9,316 nt of DNA from Octopus sinensis. Its lineage: Eukaryota. The DNA is taken from positions 1 to 9,316 of the forward strand of contig NW_021827996.1 in the NCBI RefSeq assembly GCF_006345805.1. Direction: 5' to 3'. This document shows positions 1 through 6,772 of the stretch, piece by piece. The notes beneath the pieces were generated by a model, which saw nothing but the letters and a program-made list of their open reading frames with translations, was not told the origin of the DNA and made no database searches. The position numbers and the translations under genes were made by a program. Position 1 is the stretch's first letter, and each line of letters begins with the position of its first letter.

Positions 1-97
1 TATATATACACATATATGTATATATATATATATATATTAGCATGTATATATACATGCATCTCTCTCTCTCTCTCTGTATGTGTGGTGTGTGTTCGTG
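1..97. repeat. Compound microsatellite (TA)n-(TC)n-(TG)n
   Basis: Directly visible dinucleotide runs. May be the internal simple-repeat segment of the SINE whose 3' part follows (inference from recalled family structure). Confidence 0.9.
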
Positions 98-309
98 TCT
101 GTGGTTGTCCTCCACCACTGCGTGACAACCGGTATTTCCATCCCCGTAACCTAGCGCTTGGGCTAAAGAAACCGATAGAATAAATACCAGACTTGAAACA
201 AGAAATAAGCTTTGGGGTCGATTCATACGACAAAAAAACAAATTCTTTTAAGACAGTGCCCCAGCATGGCCGCTTTCTAGTGATTGAAACAAGTAGAAGG
301 TAAAAGATC
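98..309 (+). mobile_element. 3' half of an octopus-type SINE (SINE A), head outside or left of the window
   Basis: GACAACCGG..CCCCGTAACCTAGCG..ACCGATAGAATAA..GGGGTCGAT..GTGCCCCAGCATGGCCGC..GAAACAAGTAGAAGGTAAAAGA resembles a high-copy Octopus SINE 3' region as I recall it, and ends in an AAAG-type tail. Not database-verified. Confidence 0.65.
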
Positions 310-431
310 ACACAATTACTTGACTACGAAGACAAGATCACCAACAGAGCGAAGGTCAGAGATATACAAACTCTGCCGACATCTAAATCTGTTCTGTTTG
401 CTGGTGAAGCTTTTGTCTATGATAAAAGGTT

Positions 432-671
432 AAAAAAGACTCCTTCGGTCATGAATGACCATGGGTTTGCACCTAGAGAGTTCTCCTCCGAGGTACAAGT
501 ACGGACAAGGTTGTTTAGGGAAACCAGCAGCCGCCCATGCATACAAGCCTCTTCTCTCCTTGCCATCGATGTTATTCAAAGGGAAGGCAAAGGGGCCGAT
601 ACAGCTTGACACCTGTGACGTCACAACCCATTTCTACAGCTGAGTGAACTGGAACAACATGAAGTACGTGT
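432..671 (-). mobile_element. Headless SINE fragment (SINE B), minus strand
   Basis: The minus strand reads ...GTTGTTCCAGTTCACTCAGCTGTAGAAATGGG (CORE-like central segment)... and ends in a 5-bp hairpin GGTCA-TTCA-TGACC (447-460) plus a T-run. It resembles a recalled Octopus SINE. No tRNA head is visible beyond ~671. Confidence 0.55.
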
Positions 672-730
672 TGTGTGTTTATGCATGCGTGCTGAGAATC
701 CTGTGTATGTGAGTGAGTGTGCGCTATATA

Positions 731-958
731 AGGCGGCGAGCTGGCAGAAACGTTAGCACGCCGGGCGAAATGCTTAGAGGTATTTCGTCTTCCGCTACGT
801 TCTGAGTTCAAATTCCGCCGAGGTCGACTTTGCTTTAATCCTTCGAGGTCGATTAATAAGTACCAGTTACGCACTGGGTCGATATAATCGATTTAATCCG
901 TTTGTCTGTCCTTGTTTGTCCTCTCTGTGTTTAGCCCATTGTGGGTAGTAAAGAAATA
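731..958 (+). mobile_element. Full-length tRNA-derived SINE (SINE C)
   Basis: A-box-like TGGCAGAAACG (742-752), B-box-like GTTCAAATT (806-814), a central GGTCGAT-rich domain and the tail AGCCCATTGTGGGTAGTAAAGAAATA. Candidate TSD GCTATATA (723-730) / GCTATGTA (959-966). Resembles a recalled abundant Octopus SINE. Confidence 0.8.
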
Positions 959-960
959 GC

Positions 961-1701
961 TATGTACTATGTGCCGTGTGCTATGTGTGTGTTTGTGCTG
1001 TGTGTATGCGTACGTGTGTGAGTATGTGGAAGTGTGCATATGTGTGCTGTATATGTGTGAGTGTTTGCAATACGTGTGTGGTTTGTGTGTATTTTATGCA
1101 TGTCTGCTGTGTGTGTGTGTGTCTGTATCTCTGTGTATGTGTATGTGTGTGTGTGGCTGTGTCCGTGCGTATGTGCATGTGTGTAAATGTGTGTCTATAT
1201 GTGTGTGTCTGTATCTGTCTGTATCTGTGTGTATGTGTATGTGTGTGTGTCTGTATGTTTATGTGTGTGTGTGTCTGCATCTATGTGTGTGTGTGTGTGT
1301 ATGTATGTGTGTGTCTGTATCTGTGCGTATATGTATGTGTGTGTAAGTGTGTGTGTGTGTATCTGTATCTGTCTGTATCTGTGTGTATTTGAATGTGTGT
1401 GTGTGTGTCTGTATATGTGTGTATGTTTATGTGTGTGTGTCTCTATGTGTGTATATGTGTGTGTCTGTATCTGTCTGTATCTGTGTATATATGTTTGTGT
1501 GTGTGTCTCTATGCGTGTATACGTGTGTGTCTGTATCTGTCTGTATCTGTGTGTAAGTGTGTGTGTCTCTATGTGTGTATATGTGTGTGCGTGTGTTAGT
1601 ATCTGTCTGTATGTGTATGTGTGTATAAACGTGTGTATATGTGTGTGTGTGTCTGTAGCTGTCTATATTTGTGTACATGCGTATGTATGTGTGTATATGC
1701 A

Positions 1702-1736
<35 letters not shown>

Positions 1737-1756
1737 ATGTGTGTGTGTGTGTGTGA
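961..1756. repeat. Long degenerate (TG)n/(TGTA)n/(TCTG) microsatellite with higher-order units
   Basis: About 800 bp of TG-dominated repeat. The block CTGTATCTGTCTGTATCTGTG recurs near 1210, 1363, 1465 and 1530. Confidence 0.95.
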
Positions 1757-1814
1757 TGTTGAATTGTCAAGATGTTGATGTTAATTTAATAATATTGAGA
1801 GTGATGTTTATGTC

Positions 1815-1941
1815 TCTCTTTCTCTCTCTCTTTCTCTCACACGCACACACACACGCACACACACACGCACACACACACACGCACACACACGCACAGACAC
1901 ACAAACACTCACACACCTCACGCGCATACAAGCACACACGC
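1815..1941. repeat. (TC)n followed by degenerate (CA)n microsatellite
   Basis: Directly visible. Confidence 0.9.
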
Positions 1942-1988
1942 ATAGTTATATATGACAAACATCAGTTCATTACTCTGTATTTCCGGGA

Positions 1989-2087
1989 TGTGTGCGTGAG
2001 CGTGTGTACGTGCGAGTGTGTGTGTGTGAGTGTGTAGGTGTGTGTGAGTGTGTGCATGTGTGTGAGCATGCGCGCGTGTGTGTGTGG
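1989..2087. repeat. Degenerate (TG)n microsatellite
   Basis: Directly visible. Confidence 0.9.
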
Positions 2088-2251
2088 GAGTATAGCTCTT
2101 GTCTTTAGCTCTGTAAAAGACAAATACGAAAACGGAAAAAGGAAATAAAAATATATCGAAAGCAACAAATAAAACGAAAGGATTCGGAAACAAGAATTTG
2201 TCTCCTAGCAACCATCAAGAAACACCTAGGATATAATTCACGCATCAATGT

Positions 2252-2348
2252 TACATACATACATACATACATACATACATTACATACATACACGTATACA
2301 TACATACACACATGTATATATAAAATATCTATATATATAATATATATC

Positions 2349-2382
<34 letters not shown>

Positions 2383-2470
2383 CATATATATATGTATATA
2401 TAAATAGTTATATATATATTTATAATGTATATATGAAAATATATCTTTACACATATGTACGTATATATGC
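2252..2470. repeat. (TACA)n then (TA)n microsatellite
   Basis: Directly visible. Confidence 0.9.
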
Positions 2471-2471
2471 A

Positions 2472-2550
<79 letters not shown>

Positions 2551-2569
2551 GTCTGTCTGTCTGTCTGTC

Positions 2570-2609
<40 letters not shown>

Positions 2610-2614
2610 GTCTA
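2472..2614. repeat. (TCTA)n-(TCTG)m-(TCTA)k microsatellite, 5' flank of LINE copy 1
   Basis: Near-perfect TCTA tetramers with a TCTG patch at 2551-2569. Abuts the LINE at ...TCTGTCTA|GGCATT. Confidence 0.95.
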
Positions 2615-2724
2615 GGCATTTTCCCCTGCGGTTGGTAAATGCCAAAAATCTCTCACAAATACTGTACTGGATCTTCTCGAGGACAACCAACGAGGAGAAA
2701 GCAAAACTTTCGAGCAGTAAGTAA
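2615..2724 (+). pseudogene. Probable C-terminal remnant of LINE ORF1 (about 36 codons, ...HFPLRLVNAKNLSQILYWIFSRTTNEEKAKLSSSK*)
   Basis: Open frame from the microsatellite junction to TAA at 2722-2724, 27 nt before the ORF2 ATG, as expected for a bicistronic L1-type layout. No diagnostic ORF1 motif is seen, so it could be 5' UTR instead. Confidence 0.4.
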
Positions 2725-2751
2725 CCCTCTGTATTCTAATTCATTAGAACT

Positions 2752-3440
2752 ATGATCAAGATTGGTTGTGTAAATGCGCGTGGCTTGGGGTCCCCTTGGA
2801 AACAGGTAACCTCTTAAATGACATAAAGTCACATAAGTTACAAATCATAGCCATAAGCGAGACCAGACTCCACAATCCGCGAGCCCTAAAGACCATGTTT
2901 GGCGGACAGTTCAACATTTATTTTTCCCCCTGTCTGCCGAGAATGGGCGGTAGTGGCACCGCGGTACTTTTTCACAAGAGTCTGGATCTCAATGTAAGGA
3001 CAATATTCGTAGACCCGGAGGGTAGACTGGTCGTCCTGGATGTCGACGGCAGCAATGGGTGCGCTTTTCGACTCGTATCAGTTTACGCACCGCCCTTAAC
3101 AGGTCGGCGGATTTCTTTCAACGTCTAGAAGTTTTCTTGGGAACGTCTCGTCCTTTACTCTTAGTGGGGATTGGAATGCTACCTTGGACACGCATGTAGA
3201 CTACGTGGGTAGAGATAGGAATAGACGGGGATGCAAATGCCTCAGAGACCTGCTCAGACGCTTTCAAACTGTCTGACAGGTTCCGACTAGACCACCCGAA
3301 TGCGCCAACGTGGACATGGAGCAACCGCATCGGGTCGTCGAGATCGTATCTAGATAGGATACTGTGTAGGACAGTAGATAGAGATAGCATAGGATGTCCA
3401 CAATTCCACATAGTCAGCTACACGGATCACAAACTTGTGA
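2752..3440 (+). other. Apurinic/apyrimidinic-like (APE) endonuclease domain of ORF2
   Basis: Motifs NARGL (2773), AISETR (E at 2859), VYAP, GDWN (~3166-3177, across a G-run indel), WTW..SYLDRIL (3347-3364) and TDH (3422-3430). Confidence 0.88.
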
Positions 3441-4089
3441 CATGTACGCTAGACTTAGATAAGACACTTAGGCAGGGTCCCGGATACTGGAAACTAAACG
3501 CGTCTTCCCATCGAGACAAGTTTTCAGAGACCGGATTACACACTAGTAAAGAGGGCTTTGACGGAGCCATCATCAACAACAAATGGTGGTTTGCCCTCAA
3601 GAGAGCAGTAAAAGCAGAAGCGATTAGGTACAGCAAAGCACTAGCCATAGATAGAAATAGAGTAGAGGGTGAGCTAGTTAAGAAGCTAGAAGAGGCAATT
3701 AGAAGCGGCATCGCATCCGACGTTTTGGCGGCGAGGTTGGCCCTCGACCAACACTTCAACGCCAAACACGAAGGATGTGCTGTCAGAGCTAGGATGCGTG
3801 CTCTAAGAACGAAGGTGTTGGAGCCGCGAGAGAGGCCCGGGTGGCAGAGGCGCAACAGGGCAACAAAGCCACCATTCGGTCACTGGTAGATGAACAGGGG
3901 CGCGAATTGCTCGAGCCAAGTAAAATGTGTGAGGCCTTTCAGCAGCATTTTGCCCGACTGTTCGGAACGAGTGGAGGGCAGAACGTAGGGTGGACTTCAG
4001 TGCCTACCTACATAGCCTACCACGATCTCGACAAGAAAGGCAGGGTGCTGCGAAGGTGCCATCACGGCGGCGGAAGTGCGGGAAGCGAT

Positions 4090-5030
4090 GGCAGAATGCT
4101 CGAGGGACAAATCACCGGGTTTGGATGGTCTACCCTACGAGCTTTACAATTGTATGCCAGACTTGTTTGGAGATCTCTTGGCGGCGGTGTACTGCAACTG
4201 GCAGCAAAACGGGAGCATTCCTGGTTTTGTGAGCCGAGGAGCCGTAACACTGCTGAAGAAAGATCTAAACAGGGAAATGTAATAGATAACTTTAGGCCCA
4301 TCACTCTGCTTAATGCAGACTTGAAAATTTTGGCCAAGGTGCTAGCCAAGAGGTTGGCGCTTGTCATCGAGAAACTGGTCGACAAGGCGCAAACATGCGC
4401 CGTGCCAGGCCGGACCATCCATGACAACCTCCATCTGATGCGCTACATCATAGACAGGGTAGTTAACGAACCTGGCATGGGTGGGGCCCTGATCAACTTG
4501 GATCAATCGAAAGCCTTTGATAGGGTAGACCATCGATACTTGGAGGCAGTCCTGAGAGCGGCTGGTTTCGGTCCCGTCTTCCGCGGCTGGATAGCTGCCT
4601 TGTACAGAGGCATCCGTTCGGTAATTCGCGTAAATGGACATCTATCGAGACCTTTCGACATTGCACGTTCGGTCCGTCAGGGATGCCCCCTCTCGGCGCT
4701 TCTATACGTATTGACTCTTGAGCCACTACTGCGGAAGCTGGCGACTCTAAGGGGCATCCCGCGAGAATTGGGATGCGGGACGACGTGTCTGCATACGCGG
4801 ACGACGTCACCGTCATAGTGTCTAGCCACGAGCACATCGAGCTGGTCGGCGAGACACTGAAAAACTACGAAGCGGTGACAGGAGCGAAAATCAACCGGAA
4901 AAGTCAGTGGGCTTGCGACTAGGCACCTGGAGAAGCAAGCCCATGCCGTCCACCAGCGCCTCCGTCGTGGGACGCTGGACCGACGGCCCGGTTGAGTTGC
5001 TCGGGGTCTGGTTGGTCCGGACCTCCAAGT
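4090..5030 (+). other. Non-LTR reverse transcriptase domain of ORF2
   Basis: Motifs KSPGLDGLPYELY, NFRPITLLNADLKILAKVLAKRL, LDQSKAFDRVDH, VRQGCPLS (QGCP 4678-4689), YADD (4794-4805), GAKIN and LLGVW. Confidence 0.95.
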
Positions 5031-5762
5031 GGAGAAGAACTGGAACGAGATAACGAGTAGGGTGGTCACTCTCGCCCGGCAATGGGCCGAGAGGAAACTG
5101 TCCCTAAAAGGTCGAGCGGAGGTGGCGAACACGTACATCGCGATCGCGTCCGTCATCTACTACCGCCTGACCGTCGTACCTTGTCCCGACCCTACCATCA
5201 CCAAACTACAACGCATCCTCTTTCGCTTCTTGTGGAAAGGATGCGTCCCGATGGTCAGCGATCCATTTGCTGTCAACACCCGTTAAAAGGAGGGCTGGGC
5301 ATGCCGTGGTTGATGATGCGCAGACACGCGCTGAGACTGCGACATCTCTGGCTCTATGTAGACGACGGTGAACAGGTGTGGTCGCCGTTTGTGAGGCACG
5401 CTTTCCCGCAGCTCGTCTCCATGACCGAATTGCAGTCGTGGATCAAAAAGAGGCCGAGGAAGGGCGAATGGCACCGCGAGTGTCGCGTTGCTCTCAAGCA
5501 ACTCTGCCGTCCTGGGTCGACCTTAAGTGACTTCAACACAACCAAAGCATTCTATAGGGGTTTAGTGGAGGGGAGGTACGACGACGAGCTCGGGGCGAAC
5601 CTGGACGTCGACGAGGAGTACCTGACCCGCCTGTTCGGGACGACTTTCGGGCCAGGGCCCATGGACAACTTCCAGAGATCCCTGGCCTGGCAGTGCTACC
5701 GAGAAGCGCTACCCGTTCGGGATAAGCTCTACAGACACGGCTCGAGAAACACGGGGCCGACC

Positions 5763-5816
5763 TGCCCGAGATGCGGTCAGAGCGACGAAACCGTTCTGCA
5801 CGCACTCGTTCAGTGT
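5763..5816 (+). other. C-terminal CCHC zinc finger of ORF2 (zf-RVT type)
   Basis: CPRCGQSDETVLHALVQC (C-x2-C-x8-H-x4-C), preceded by the L1-type LAWQ..ALPV motif. Confidence 0.85.
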
Positions 5817-6181
5817 CCAACAATTTCCGACCTGTGGGCTTATGTCGAACAACTGCTGTCACGTGTGGGACGAGTCGGTTTATCAGCTGAGTCTATCGTC
5901 AAATTTGTCACGCCTCCTTCCTTCAAACGGGAAGGAAGAGCTATTTTCATCATCCTTGTGGCTATGGCGAAAGAATGTCTGGTGGACGCGTCTGAAAGGA
6001 TTGGAGACAAACACTTTCCTCTCTGGTCAATCTCTCATCAACTTCTTCAAGTACCACTTGAAAAGGAAAGTGAGAGTAGAGAGGCAAGTTTTGTCTAGCG
6101 AATGTTTTAAAAAAAGATGGGTGAATGTAGCAAGAATGGCACGTATGAATGACGAAGCCACCTTGAGCATAGTCTATATGA

Positions 6182-6586
6182 ACCCAGAAATCGAAAACAG
6201 AGAGTTGCTTATTTGCAAAAAAAAAAAAAAAAAAAAAAAAAAAGAATATAAAATGTGACTTCATTGACCGAGGTTACCGTGGTCTTTTCCGTAGGCTTTT
6301 CTTTCCACGGGTAACCTCACCTGTCCTCCCCTTTACACTTCATATTGACATTTCTGTGATAACGATCCCTATTGATCATTTTTTTTTCCTCTCCCCCTTT
6401 TTTTTTTTTTTTTTTTTTTTTTTAACCCCCCTTTTTTTTGTCCTCTTTCTCTCCTTTTACGATCCCTTTGATCGAAACTCCCCCTTCCTTTTTTTTTTTT
6501 TTTTTTTTTTTTAAACCTTCAAAAGAAAGCTCTACCTTGTAATTTGTTCTATCTGTGTGCAGCCCTGTGTGGCTAATAAAGAAACA
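6182..6586 (+). other. LINE 3' UTR: A27 run, 13-bp-stem hairpin, T26 and T24 runs, terminal hairpin and AATAAA
   Basis: A-run 6217-6243. Inverted repeat GAGGTTACCGTGG (6270-6282) / CCACGGGTAACCTC (6305-6318). T-runs 6398-6423 and 6489-6512. AGCC-CTGTGT-GGCT at 6561-6574 and AATAAA at 6575-6580. The same layout is in copy 2, with shorter homopolymer runs. Confidence 0.8.
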
Positions 6587-6610
6587 TATCTACTTTCTAT
6601 CTATCTACTT

Positions 6611-6685
<75 letters not shown>

Positions 6686-6699
6686 GTCTATTCTGTCTG

Positions 6700-6740
<41 letters not shown>

Positions 6741-6772
6741 ATCTATCTAGCTATCTATCTATCTATCTATCT
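6587..6772. repeat. (TCTA)n microsatellite between the two LINE copies
   Basis: TCTA tetramers with a TCTG patch at 6683-6700. Confidence 0.95.

Larger units (their letters stand above)
2752..6181 (+). pseudogene. LINE ORF2 polyprotein (APE endonuclease + reverse transcriptase + zinc finger), ~1140 aa once about 17 small indels are corrected
   Basis: Starts MIKIGCVNARGL (ATG 2752). The frames can be joined across 1-2 nt indels with no in-frame stop codon seen. Probable stop TGA at 6179-6181 (copy 2 reads ATT CTA TGA). Confidence 0.88.
2615..6586 (+). mobile_element. Tx1-clade (L1 superfamily) non-LTR retrotransposon, copy 1, probably 5'-truncated within ORF1
   Basis: APE endonuclease, RT and C-terminal CCHC zinc finger in L1/Tx1 order. 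Motifs such as [30 protein letters not shown] and GGLGMP are L1/Tx1-type. The ~400-nt 3' UTR is shared with copy 2 and ends AATAAAGAAACA. (TCTA)n lies on both sides. Confidence 0.9.

Noticed and set aside
725-731. TATATAA as a TATA box upstream of SINE C
   Set aside because: It lies in the candidate target-site duplication within TA-rich DNA, so it is expected by chance.
969-2311. Cys/Val-rich and His/Thr-rich ORFs up to 189 aa
   Set aside because: They are translations of TG/CA microsatellites, which lack stop codons by composition.
2433-2614. (IYLS)n ORFs, also at 6555-6827 and 8028-8581, including an apparent fusion to LINE sequence (6557-7228)
   Set aside because: They are (TCTA)n read-through artefacts with no evidence of coding function.
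961-2614. CRISPR-like array
   Set aside because: There are no constant-length repeats with unique spacers, only simple-sequence repeats.
2615-2690. Possible HDV-like ribozyme at the 5' end of copy 1 (G-started 7-bp stem)
   Set aside because: The 15 nt inside the stem cannot hold P2, P3 and L3, and the GG needed for P1.1 is missing after the 3' strand.
4090-5030. RT as a bacterial retron, group II intron, DGR or LTR/Penelope element
   Set aside because: An upstream APE domain, a downstream CCHC finger, a long 3' UTR, 5' truncation and no LTR, RNase H, integrase or GIY-YIG all indicate an L1/Tx1 non-LTR element in eukaryotic DNA.
3118-5862. Several minus-strand ORFs over the LINE (97-159 aa)
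   Set aside because: They are antisense shadows of the GC-rich ORF2 with no recognisable motifs.
6181-6258. Poly-lysine C-terminal extension of ORF2
   Set aside because: It arises from a likely frameshift just before the probable stop at 6179-6181 and read-through into the UTR A-run. Copy 2 stops at the equivalent TGA.
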